Assembly: GCA_043228905.1 (NCBI GenBank)
Contig: JBHGNT010000126.1
Span: 1-64,000 of the forward strand
Length of the DNA stretch: 64,000 nucleotides
Direction of reading: 5' to 3'
Source: Azolla caroliniana
Taxonomy: Eukaryota > Plantae > Polypodiophyta
Below the pieces are notes generated by a model. The model worked only from the letters and a program-made list of their open reading frames with translations. It was not told the DNA's origin and searched no databases. Positions 13,892 through 26,225 of this stretch are shown piece by piece (positions within the stretch are counted from its first letter, which is position 1; every line of letters starts with the position of its first letter). Position numbers and translations under genes: made by a program.

Positions 13892-15493
13892 CTAAGGGTA
13901 GGACAAATAGAAAATTGATTCTCCTAGGATTTCAAACAACACATAAGGATTTGGGACATGTAGGAACATGTAGTGGTTTGAGACACTAAGTAGTGAGGAG
14001 TTCACCAATGCAAAGGGGTTCTATGACTATCTCCTCCCATAACACAACATTTGTGAGACATTATAGATCTTTTTTATAAGGGATGTTGATGGGGTCTCAT
14101 ATCCCCGCTTATCCTTTGCACATGGGTGCATAAGCACATTTGATCCATTATTTTCGTTAACCATTTGATCTAAGGGTAGGACAAATAGAAATTTGATTCT
14201 CCTGGGATTTCAAACAACGCATAAGGATTTGGGACATGTAGGAACATGTGGTGGTTTGAGAGACTAAGTAGTAAGGAGTTCACCAATGCAACGGGTTCTA
14301 TGACTATCTCCTCCCATAACACAACATCTGTGAGACATTATAGAGTCTTTTTTATAAGGGATGTTGATGGGGTCTCATATCCCCGCTTATCCTTTGCACA
14401 TGGGTGCATAAGCACACTTGATCCATTATTTTCTTTAACCATTTGATCTAAGGGTAGGACAAATAGAAAATGATTTTCCTGGGATTTCAAACAACACATA
14501 AGGATTTGGGACATGGTGGTTTGAGAGACTAAGTAGTAAGGAGTTCACCAATGCAAATGGGTTCTATGACTATCTCCTTCCATAACACAACATATGTGAG
14601 ACATTATAGAGACTTTTTTATAATGGATGTTAATGGGGTCTCGTATCCTCGCATATCCTTTGCACGTGGGTGCATAAGCACATTTGATCCATTATTTTCG
14701 TTAACCATTTGATCTAAGGGTAGGACAAATAGAAAATTGATTCTCCTAGGATTTCAAACAGCACATAAGGATTTGGGACATGTAGGAACATGTGGTGGTT
14801 TGAGAGACTAAGTAGTAAGGAGTTCACCAATGCAAATGGGTTCTATGACTATCTCCTCCCATAACACAACATATGTGAGACATTATAGAGACTTTTTTAA
14901 TAAGGGATGTTAATGGGGTTTCGTATCCCCGCATATCCTTTGCACGTGGGTGCATAAGCACATTTGATCCATTATTTTTGTTAACGATTTGATCTAAGGG
15001 TAGGACAAATAGAAAATTGATTCTCATGGGATTTCAAACAACACATAAGGATTTGGGACATGTAGGAACATGTGGTGGTTTGAGAGACTAAGTAGTAAGG
15101 AGTTCACCAATGCAAAGGGGTTCTATGACTATCTCCCCCCATAACACAACATGTGTGAGACATTATAGAGACTTTTTTCTAAGGGATGTTGATGGGGTCT
15201 CGTATCCCCACTTATCCTTTGCACGCGTGTGCATAAGCACATTTGTTCCATTATTTTCTTTAACCATTTGATCTAAGGGTAGGTCAAATAGAAAATTGAT
15301 TCTCATGGGATTTCAAACAACATATAGATTTGGGACATGTAGGAACATGTGGTGGTTTGAGAGACTAAGTAGTAAGGAGTTCACCAATGCTTAGAGACTT
15401 ACGGATGTTGATGGGGTCTCGTATCCCTGCTTAGCCTTTGCACGTGGGTGCATAAGCACACTTGATCCATTATTTTCTTTAACCATTTGAACT
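13892..15493. repeat. Tandem array of six ~278-bp units
   Basis: Units begin with CTAAGGGTAGG(A/T)CAAATAGAAA at 13892, 14170, 14448, 14714, 14994 and 15273 (periods 278, 278, 266, 280, 279). The sixth copy has an internal deletion. Confidence 0.95.
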
Positions 15494-16925
15494 AATGACT
15501 TAACATTACTACATAATCATAATAGCAATTGAGCATGGTTACATGTAAGATTTATCATTCCCACACATTAGCCCTTATAGTTGTTTCCCTCTAATGTACC
15601 TGGAACATTTGGAAAGATTTTATTTAACGTTCTTGATTAATCAGAGCTCATGTGGCATTATCTAAAAATTATCCAAATAACCTCGACCCATGAACAATTA
15701 ATGGGATCAAGATCTTTATGTATCTAATTATAATAGATTTCAATTCGACAAGAACCAAAGTGATGATGACCCTAACTGACATTGCATGTAAAGCTACATG
15801 ATGAGTTTGTATTGACTTCCTTATTAAGACGTTGATTTATCCTAAGCTAAGGATATCGAGATTGAGGAGTGGTGGTTAGAGAGAATATATGTCACTCTCC
15901 ATAAAACCAATGGTCATCATTAGATCTTGATCAAGGATATGATGGACACTTAGCTTAATTTTCTTACATGGTGCCAAGCACATGAACACGTATGTTTAGA
16001 ACTATCATTCCCAAACAAGGTTTGGGGAATGTTTCAATAAGTTCAGGTACATCAAAAAGCCAAGCAACACTCCATGGATTATATGTTGAGTTATTTTACA
16101 ACGTTGATGGTGTTCTTGAAATTGAACATTATAAATTACTATATTAGCTTCAGCTATTGATAGCATCACCAAATATTACATTGGCTTCAAATATTTATAG
16201 CACTATTACTACATTGATTTAAGATATTGTGTAGAAAATGTTACAACAGTTCAAGGTATTCATAAACTTGCACAATTGCGCTAATATGTGAATTTGTTTT
16301 GAGACAACTCTTCTTAATCTTAAATTTGATTATACATATTTTTACATGATATATAGATTCCCATTTTTCTTAATTAATCATGTATGCACATTCACAACAA
16401 TAATTTTAAACAATATTAATGGTTGATGTTAACCCCTCATGTAGTTGAATTCATCAAACGGGCCATCAAGTTGTAGGCATGATATTATTTATTTCTTGAT
16501 GGATTGATGATTATTCAAGAATTAAAACGATCCTATGGTGAGCAATGGAACAAACAAGGCAACATAGATACTCGTATTATGAAGTTTGATGAAGCTATGG
16601 GAGGGGTGTCCTTGAGTAGTTGTGCATAAAATAATCTACAAATTATAAAACCTCATTTTTATTAGTTTACGTTGAATTCCTAAGAAGTCACAATAATATT
16701 TGTACACATGGTTTAATTGTAAAGAATACTCATGAGTTGTGTATACACAGACACAACTTTACCTTAATTTCCTAGGAAGTCATTATAATGTTTGTACTCA
16801 TGATTTGATGCTCTAAAGAATACTTGATGAGTTGGGTACATATGGATTGTGGATAAGTTTGAGTGTGCGACATGTATTCTATTCTACAAATTGTTGGAAT
16901 TGTGTGAAATGGCCAATTATAAATA

Positions 16926-17238
16926 GGGAAAAGTACCAGGATACCCTTGGAAGTTCGTCTATTTACCAGAATGCCCCTGGATGTTCCAAATTTACCAAAA
17001 TACCCCTATGTCCAGAAAATTACACTTTATAAAGTAATTATGCACTCAAATCTTTGGTAAATAGGGCTAGTTCGGGTCCATTTCTTCTATCTTTGGTAAA
17101 TAGGGCTTGTAGATTTTAGTGTATAATTACTTTATAAAGTGTAATTTTTTGGACATAGGGGTAGTTTGGTAAATTTGGAACTTCCAGGGGCATTCTGGTA
17201 AATAGACAAACTTCCAAGGGTATCCTGGTACTTTTCCC
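16926..17238. mobile_element. Mutator-like (MULE) MITE, 313 bp
   Basis: ~128-bp terminal inverted repeats (16926-17053 and 17111-17238, starting GGGAAAAGTACCAGGATACCCTTGGAAG) and a perfect 9-bp TSD TTATAAATA at 16917-16925 and 17239-17247. Long TIRs with a 9-bp TSD are the Mutator signature. Confidence 0.93.
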
Positions 17239-18108
17239 TTATAAATATGGTGAACCATGTGGGCAAGACCACCTCGTTGCTTGCTCGCTCACTCGCTCTC
17301 TGTGGACATGTGTACCAAAGTGTTAGGAGGCCACGTTTTCTTGGATGCGTATGGGGTAACATCAAGATTAGTATTATTAATCATCTAAGCACTAATGACA
17401 ATGTACATAGATATGTAGTCACTCTAACTATTATAGTTATAGTCACAATCGATGCACTAATTACTACTCATATCACTACTTTTGTATTTTCCATTTACAA
17501 TTCAAAATCAAAGAAGCAAACAACTATAGGTACAACTCTCATAACGGTCATAAAATTAGGGAGTTTCTAGGGACATTAGGTAATATTTCTAGAAATACAA
17601 ATGGCATGCACGATACTATCACCATTTATATGAACGATAATATAAAGCATTCCCCTTTTCTTTTTCTTTTCTTTTTCTTAAAAAGATACACCTTGGTATT
17701 ATGAAATCATAAGAAATACAAAAGTTGTGTTGGATAAACAAATATACCGACCGATTCCCTTGTACTCTCATCATAGCCGATTTGTTGAGCATAGCAGGCA
17801 ATAAGGGCTGATCAAGCAAACACATATCGAAGATGAAGGTATTCCAGTACCACAGGTAACATACATATGAACCAAAGCAGTGGCAAGAAAACCTTATTCT
17901 CCAACAATTTCCTTTTCATGACCTCATCATGAATCTAGAGCAAGACCTTCACTTCGCATTTGTTCCCCTTATCTAGTTCTATCCCTCTTGTGCCTCTAGC
18001 TCTCCCATTAACTTGTCGTTCTCTCGCAATCTCATGCTCTAATCTCTCCCAAACCAACTTGCTCTCCCCTTCCTAACTAATTGTCCCTTTCTTTCTTTCT
18101 TGTACGAA

Positions 18109-18900
18109 GGTTGGATGCGAGTGGTCAGACAAGTTGTTACGAAACCCATTAATGCACCCGGGGGTGTCTAAATCTCATATAATGCATCACTTTACGAGGA
18201 CGGTATTGACCGCATGACCCAAGACACAATCTTATCTCTCGAATCTCAAGAGACATTCCGACTCCCCACCACCCTATGTCTCTATGTGCATGTGTATAGA
18301 GAAACCTTATGGTCGTTGGACGCTAAAGATATATGTACATACAAAGGTACGATGATGTAGCGTTACTATGTATTGGAGGAGCACTTTCTATGCGTATTGT
18401 AGTAGAGTAGTATATATGTATATGTATATATACATCCCTCTCACCTTCGCGCTCGCGAAGCTCAGGACCGATTTCGATCGCAGGATTAAGCCTATTGTCA
18501 TACAGGCGTGCAACGCAGATCTGATCAAGTATATCCACAACGTCCCGAGATGGTCTTCCAGGATCTGAATTCCGAGGATATGTTGATGTATCTGTTCTCT
18601 TCAACCTCCTACGGCCACCAAATTATTTCAGAAATATCAGATGATGATGATGATGATGTAGCGATTAAGGCAAAGCTTGAATCCTTACCGGAGACGGAGA
18701 TGATCGATCCGGCCAATGGCTCAGAGGAGTATGTGTGGAAGAAGGAGGTGACTTTACTGGACACAGTTCGTAAGGAGATGGGACCTTCCGCCATATAATT
18801 GGACTTCTATGAATATCCGGGACTTGGAACAGATAACTCGTAACAACATTTCCGTGAATGGCCTGGTGGTGGGATCACAGCCTGCTTCTTGAACCTTCCA
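18109..18900 (+). pseudogene. Unidentified disrupted coding-like sequence
   Basis: A GC-richer, codon-like block. One frameshift joins 'LAKLRTDFDRRIKPIVIQACNADLIKYIHNV' to 'EMVFQDLNSEDMLMYLFSS...EYVWKKEVTLLDTVRKEMG', followed by in-frame stops. No family recognised. Confidence 0.35.
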
Positions 18901-19259
18901 AGTGAGCTTGGTTGGCATCACATTCATCCCCCATCAATAAAAAACATTCTCTCTTTTCATCACATTCACGCATATTATGATCACGATCCACGCTCCTCAC
19001 TCCCTTCTATAGCTTTCTTTGCCTACATATTTCACTTCTATATATACTCAATTCTCTAACACGGATGTTTTGTAACTAATTTGGTGTATGTAAAATTTGT
19101 GATATTGCATTATGGTCCTTCCAATGTGTTCAAATTCATAGTTATATAAAAAATTGTTCTGATTGAATGTCACACACACACATATTAATGAGTGGCAATC
19201 AGACTTGGGTCCTGGACTAAACAACCTAAACATAAATCAAAGAAAAAGAAACTTATACC

Positions 19260-19900
19260 ATTGTAGAGCGGCCTGTGGTGATTCTAGTATAGAGACGAGG
19301 GAATGGGGTATATGTTCATGTTCTCTTGTAGAGAGAATACATATATAGTAATGCTACCCTATGTTTATAAATCATAACCTATTGCAATGATCATCTCATT
19401 CTCTTTATTCTCATACTTTGGTGTTTGCTTGTATTAGCATAGGAGGTGAGATGTTTGTTAGATGTTTAACATCCCCCTCGTCTATTGTGCACACTCGTAG
19501 GTTTACCAAGCGAGGTGCCAATAAGGGTGCCAAAAGTGGAGGAGAATAACTCAAGTTTGTCCAGATTGGTAGGGAGTAGGAGGTGTGCCAAAGAGAAGTC
19601 AAGACGAGTGTGTGAAGCAAGGTGGGACATGAGAGGTCAGAAGGAAACGTTGTGGGATGTAGAGCCCTATAGAAAGTGGGGAACACCTTCTAATAGTGGG
19701 AGTGTCGAGAAGCCAGGAGTATGTGATGGTGTGGAGCACGAATTTGAGTAGGGAGAGAGAGGGAAACTTTTAAAAGCTTAGTCATAAAATTCATGCATAC
19801 ATCTTTGAGCCACATGGACGTCAACATTGGCACACAATACTAGAATGTGGGGAAAGCCTTCTACTAATGGGAGTGTTGAGAGGCAAGGGATTATCTGTAG
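19260..19900 (-). mobile_element. Decayed Ty3/gypsy LTR-retrotransposon remnant
   Basis: An LTR-like end '...TTTAACA' is followed by TCCCCCTC (polypurine tract on the minus strand) at ~19470. The minus-strand peptide 'WLKDVCMNFMTKL' (~19774-19812) resembles the gypsy integrase 'W..VSMDFITGL' motif. Confidence 0.5.
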
Positions 19901-21844
19901 GATGTCTAGTTAGTTTTTTGTTGTTTACTATTGTTGTCCAGACTCCATACTATTATTTTTAAGTTGCATAATATTGCAATGGATCAAGAATTGGAAGACT
20001 AAAGTTGCAACCAAGGAAGCCTTGCCTTCATAAAACCACATTATTTGTATAATGTTTCTAGGAGCTACACATGATGACATTAAAAAGGCTAAGGAGATGT
20101 GGGAATTTGTTTGTTATTGCTTCAAGGTTGAAGATTAACATGAATAAATATGTTCTAATTTCATGGATTGAACAAGATATAAATGAACTAAAGTGGTTAG
20201 GGGAAGATACCACATCATGGGTGATTTGTTGACATCTATTTAATCGAGACATTTCTTATGTTTCTCATATAGTGATTATCTATTTAATTGAGACTAACAT
20301 ATTTCTCAATAACAAGTAGGCCAATAGATGGATTATGGAGGACACAAATATGAAGAGTTAAAAAAGATGTATCAAGCTTGCCCACTTGAGAATCGAGATC
20401 GACTTGGCACTAACACTTCTCATTTCTTTTTCTATACAGCTACTCGTAAAATGAGAATGTCTTTTATTTTTATTTTTTAGGTTCCAATAGTCAAATTTGA
20501 CTTTCCATTACGATATCAGCTATCTACAATCTCATGCTTAGACGATGGCATCAAAGCTTCTATTAATTATCTCTCTATGATCAAGTCAATAAGAGGGCAC
20601 ACGCAACACACATTGATACAATATAAAGAGTGTTGTCTACGACTCATGTCACTATAATTGAGTGTTCTCGCATCCCTACTCTGTCTCTCTCTCTTCTTCT
20701 TCTCTTGTAATTAGCTTACCCTAGTGGTAAGTTGTTAACACTACAAACACGACATCTTGAGTTCAAAACCCAATTTTCTCACCCATGACCACCTGGTCTC
20801 CATTGGGCAACCTTACCAACTAAGCTACATCCATTGGGCTCTCTCTATCTCTCTCTTTGGGGTATGTCTCCAATCATTTTATCATTGTCTAATTATTTGG
20901 ACTCTAGTCATCACATTATCCATTTATTTATTTATTTACCTCACTCTTTGAATCCATTATCTTTAGTTTAGGAGACATAAATATACCCCACAAGCTTAAA
21001 GTAATATGTTAGCATTGAACTACTACTAACTTATTATGTTTTCTACATAATCAATCATTGGGAGGGATGCACTAACCACACATTTTAATGAGTGCTTATA
21101 TTATTGTTAATTATAGTAATTAACGTTATGTGTAGTATTAATTCAATAAATCTTTTGTAATTGATGTGATACATCAATATCGGTATTACTAATCATCCAA
21201 ACACTAAGCACAATGTGCACAAATATCTAGTTATTCTAATTAATGTAGTTATAATTTCATTTGATCCACTAAGTATAATTTACAGCTCACATCATTGCCC
21301 TAGTATTTTCAATTAGGTGAGTCTGGTCACTCGAAAACCTAATTCAAGATTAAAGAAGCAAACAACTCTAATTATGACTCACTTAATGGTTACAACTTAC
21401 AGGTTGTGGATTGGCATTTTCCTTGAACTTTAAAAAAATATGAATTGAAGTTGCATGTGGGAACATCTAATTTCCAACCTGGTACTTAAGGTAATATTTC
21501 TAGAAATACAAATGGCATGCTAAACCCCATTAATAAGACCAATAATATCGAGGATTCCTCTTTTCGCAAACTATTCCTCAACAAAGTTTCTTTGTTTGTC
21601 TGGTATCTCTTGTTGCTATCTCTCCCAAACTAACTTGCTCTCCCCTTCCTAACTTACTCTCCCATTCTTTCATTTTTGTACTAGGGTAGTGAAGACCCTC
21701 GTTTCTATTTGATTTAAGATTCATATATCCTCGTTTCTCTTTAATATAATATTTGTAAATGCTCTGAACGGGTGAATCTAGGGCTTGGACGGCCCTGAAC
21801 TCGTTCCGGGAATGCTAGACGATCAGGGCGTCCACTTTATTATA

Positions 21845-22638
21845 TCTACATATAATAAAAACGGGAAATGTAGAAATAGAAAGAAAGATATATTAACGTC
21901 TTCTAAGACCAAAATTGGCCCACAAGACAATTGGTTTACAACAAAAAGGGCAAAAGAGAAGTAATAAAAATGAAAAAAAAAAAATAGCGTGGGGTGGGTA
22001 GGGTTCTAGGGGGTAGTGAATGAAGGAAAGAATGAATGATACATACATATACATATACATGTACATGTACATATATGATATACATGTACATAGGGGGAGC
22101 GACCTTTTGAAACATTGGGAAATTATGAATGTGGGTATATATCAGTACATCACACGTGTGGGTCTCGTTAATGTTCAATTGGCTGGCCTCTCCCGCTAAA
22201 GTTGACGGCGTTGGCTTCGGGCGAGAGGCTGGCGAGGGGTCATTAAATCTAACGGTGCCGGTCGCCGTCTCCATTACTAATGATTTTAATTATTAGTATT
22301 TGTTTTGCTATTTAATATCATTTATTATTTGTTTCCTTTTTTTTTATGGCATTGTATAAATATCATGTGTGCACATTCCCATCACTTCATTTCTATTTTT
22401 TTAAATTAGTTAATTATTTAATCTTTATTTATAAGGATAATAGTTACAAACACTTAACATAATCTCCAGCCAAAAAAATAGAATTCATTGACAGATTCCA
22501 TTGAAATTTCATATGCATAATCGTAATTATATACAAGTAAAATAAAAGGTTAGTAATTCTATTCTCTGTATAAATGTTTCCTTGATTAACTTTAGTGAAC
22601 TTTTTTTTTTCCCGTGCTGTGCATTGGTTAAGGTCTAT
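21845..22638 (+). mobile_element. Non-autonomous Helitron-like element (~790 bp)
   Basis: 5' end A|TCTACATATAATAAAA. The 3' end has a degenerate hairpin CCCGTGCTGTGCATTGG (22611) followed by CTAT|T (canonical CTAG|T). It sits between A and T with no TSD, and part of its 5' region recurs at 59667. Confidence 0.6.
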
Positions 22639-23046
22639 TAATGATAATGAATGTCTGATTCATTTTCATCATTAATGTGTAATATTGTGCCAGATAGAAT
22701 TAGTGATATACAGTTGGTTAATGATGTTGATAGATGAACTTCTTCTCATTAAATAGCTTACACTGATGACCTCCCTCTCAACGGCCTCATTCTGAAACCA
22801 CTATATTTCTGTCTTAAGAACTAGGTACCAACCATTAACTTTTATGTGTTGCTTCCTGATATTTTTAGACACTCATGCATTTGTTTATAAGATTAATCAA
22901 CACGGATTATATCGATGCTGATGCTTAATTGCCCAATTAAGATATATTTGAAATACATTGGCCTAAAGACTTACTAGATAATTAACCATAGCTCAAGAAT
23001 GAACTATATTCTGACATGTATGTGTGTGTTGTTGTCATTAAATAAG

Positions 23047-23759
23047 GTTGCTAATTTGTGTGAGATGGGTAATGGGGTGAGATCTGATCCACATTCGTCC
23101 AAGAACGAGTTACATGTGGTGTCCGCGAATGTCTCGGTCCAAGTGTTCAACAATGTGGACGTGTCAATTACGATGAACGTCCCAAAGAAGAGAGGCTTTT
23201 GGTCCGCCCTCATGCAGGTCTTACAACACCATGAAGTCGAGATCACCAATGCTGCACTCTACACCAACCAACATAGTGACTTCCATTCCATCAATTGCAA
23301 GGTGTGACCAACCCACACTTTACAAAATGCATACATGCATGTGTTGGCAAACAAACAAGTGCACCAAGGCTAATCACATTATTGAGTGACACTTATAATG
23401 ACATTGTGATGAATGATGAACATCACCACTAGTTTGATTTACTTTTTAGTACTCAATTGCATTCGTTGGCAAACAAACAAGTGCACCAAGGCTAATCACA
23501 TTATTGAGTGACACTTATAATGACATTGTGATGAATGATGAACATCACCACTAGTTTGATTTACTTTTTAGTACTCAATTGCATTCTTTATTTGTATGGC
23601 AATCAAATGATGTGTTTGTGGCCATTATATGTTTTAATTGTCTTTGATGATTGTCTTTGATAGTTGGATGAAGAGTCCGGCATACAAATCGAGGACATTG
23701 AGAAATTTCTCGAGGACCTTTGCTTATCAGAATTTAATATTAAGCCATATAGGCTCTAG
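23047..23759 (+). pseudogene. Orphan C-terminal exons (ACT-like domain) of a plant bHLH transcription factor, ZHOUPI/bHLH95-like
   Basis: Exon 23047-23301 ('VVSANVSVQVFNNVDVSITMNVPKKRGFWSALMQVLQHHEVEITNAALYTNQHSDFHSINCK', GT donor) splices in phase 0 to 23664-23759 ('LDEESGIQIEDIEKFLEDLCLSEFNIKPYRL*'). It matches the bHLH C-terminal ACT-like pattern. I could not find an upstream bHLH-domain exon. Confidence 0.7.
23343..23586. repeat. Exact 122-bp tandem duplication
   Basis: GTTGGCAAACAAACAAGTGCACC...CTCAATTGCATTC at 23343-23464 and 23465-23586, with no mismatch seen. It lies in the intron between the two ACT-like exons. Confidence 0.92.
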
Positions 23760-25366
23760 TAAATCAATATACCCCATATTGATTATTGCAATTCATGCCA
23801 ATATATTGAATCTCAATTAGAGACTTATGAGATTTTGTATAATTTATTCAATTGAAGCCAACTTTTTTGTAATATAGAAGTTTTTCATCATGGAACCTTA
23901 ATTTGAAGTTTTTATTTAAGATTCTTCCTTAATGATATTGTGATGTATCTTTTATGTGCATTTCACAATATGTACATATAATAGAAATCATTACACGTGT
24001 TTGTCATTAATGATATCCTTGTTATTCACTCAATTGTGTCAACCCCACTCATTCAAATTTTGAGTTCACAACCTTTCATTCTCTACACAGAGAATGAAAC
24101 AATGTAGGTCCAATGGTGAATCTACAAAAACAATTTGCTGAAATCCTAATTAATCTCTCCTTTATCATGTAAAAAGGAAATGCTTTCACATTGTACTATT
24201 TATCTAAATATTTGACACAACGTACGATGATAGTGGCTTCAAGCTCAATTTCAACAATCACTTCCATATGTATGACACTCACATAACTTCCCTATTTCCA
24301 AGAACTAGTGTCTTTTTACTACATATGTATTTACATCACACACGATGCATAACCATCACATTAAGGTAGGCATGATCCCTAGAATGCAATTGAACCTAGT
24401 GGATTCCCTCTCCAACACAATCACCTTCGGATTGCATCTATATCAATATGCATGGGCAAACACACATGCTCGACATTCCTAAGAGGGGGGATGACTTTCC
24501 TACTTCTAAGTTATAACAATTTTCCTTCTTTTTAGGTATTACAATAGCCTCATGCATGTTCACTTACATAGAATGAGCACATTGACATGAGTACTTTAGA
24601 TTTCCCTTGGGGGCTTCATGGTCAATACTCTTGACTCCACGTTGCTTCATCAATATTGGCTAACTTGATTTTATCCAAATATACAAACATCAATAAACTT
24701 AAGTTGTTGTGCAAGAATTGACTTCTAAATTTGGATTTAATTGTCAATATTGCTTACAACCATTCCCTATTACATGTATCCAAAAGTGTTTATTTCCTTA
24801 GATGTTTTACAATATTTATTCAGTCTTAAAAATACATATCCCTATAGTATCATTAAGCAATTATAACCAGGTAAGTTTTATTGCCACTCTAGTGCAACAC
24901 TCATATTATGCATATAGTTTACAACATCCCCTTGAGTAAGTGTGCATGCATTTGTTAACAAAATTCCAAAGTTTTGCTCGAAATGTCCATTGGTTGTTTC
25001 CCTTATCATGTGCATGTCACATACAAAAACTTTTAAAGGTTGGACGAGTGAATAAGCCAATAGGGTCATGTTGATGACACTTAACTTGTTGAGGGAAGCC
25101 ATCATTCCAACGTCCAATTTGAATAATAGGTTTAGGATTTTGGGAGAGGTGTACCAAATAGTTTTAGGAATAAATCTCAATTGATGCAACGCTACCTAAA
25201 TACAACTTTAGAACCAATCGAATTAGGTGCAAACTCAGCTATTATGTTTTCTTGATTCAACCGAACCGAGAAAATAGATAATGTGGTTTGTTGCTTTTCC
25301 ATATTCCTTCACCAACCATAAATAAAGAGTGTTTCAATACCTATAAAGAAGACCCTAAAAGCTTTC

Positions 25367-25440
25367 TTCCATTGCCGGGATTTGAACCCGGGTCGCCTGG
25401 GTGAAAGCCAGGTATCCTAACCGGACTAGACGACAATGGA
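25367..25440 (-). tRNA. tRNA-Glu(UUC): tRNA-Glu (anticodon UUC), nuclear
   Basis: The reverse complement TCCATTGTCGTCTAGTCCGGTTAGGATACCTGGCTTTCACCCAGGCGACCCGGGTTCAAATCCCGGCAATGGAA folds as a cloverleaf: acceptor TCCATTG/CAATGGA, anticodon arm CCTGG-CTTTCAC-CCAGG, T arm CCGGG-TTCAAAT-CCCGG. A TTTT Pol III terminator follows a few nt downstream (25357-25360), and there is an AT-rich TATA-like stretch upstream. Confidence 0.97.
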
Positions 25441-26077
25441 ATCGATGCAAACGCTGATCTTTTAAATTTAAAACTGATGAAAGTACTGTTTCCTTATCAC
25501 TATGTTAAAAGCATCCTTACTACATGTACTGGTAAAAACTCTCCCACACCACATTTCCCGCTAGCAGAAAACTTGATCTTCTACCGTTACCATTAGAGTC
25601 CTAGACGGTTCAATGCTTTTTTAGTAAAGTGTTTATTGCACCTATATGAATGACTTCACTTCCCAAGGAAACCTTGTTGGCCAATGGTAAAGACATAGGC
25701 AAGATAAGACATCCTACCAAGTTGTAGTGGTACCTTGCCGAGATAGTGATTGAAGAAGAACCAATAGAAGTGAATATATTAACCTAAGCGATGCAACCTT
25801 CTCCCGATCAAGAGCTTGATTGAGCGTTTTAGCCCACCCATCTTCTTGGATATCTAATCAAGTAAGAATAAGAACCTATTAATGACGATGTGTGTACCAT
25901 GTCCCTGTTGTTGTCATCTTCATATGCTTTCTATTATATTGGACTTGCAAGATTTGTTAAATAAAGAGTCTCACCACCTTGAAAATTCAAGCAATATTAT
26001 ATAAAAGAGCAAATTTGATTCATACAAAAGGCATAAGAATATAATTGGCAAAATTCCAAGAAAAATTAGGCATCCCA

Positions 26078-26225
26078 ATGATGCAATCAAATTTTTACAA
26101 CGCAAGTAAATGTTTGCTTTGGAAAATATGCAATCCGGTGTTGACAATGCAAATTCAAGTTTATATATAAATTATCTCGGAAAAGATGCAATCCAGTGTC
26201 GACAATGCAAAATCAAGTTTTTTTA
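26078..26225. repeat. Three imperfect ~50-60-bp tandem repeats
   Basis: The motif ATGCAATC...GACAATGCAAA(T)TCAAGTTT recurs at ~26080, ~26128 and ~26186. Confidence 0.55.

Noticed and set aside
13892-15493. CRISPR-like array
   Set aside because: The whole unit repeats with no unique spacers, the units are ~278 bp, the context is eukaryotic and there are no cas genes.
16832-17365. Two ORFs with near-identical peptides on opposite strands
   Set aside because: They are a by-product of the MITE's terminal inverted repeats.
23400-23550. C/D snoRNA suggested by TGTGATGA C-box-like motifs in the duplicated intron segment
   Set aside because: No appropriately placed CTGA D box or terminal stem.
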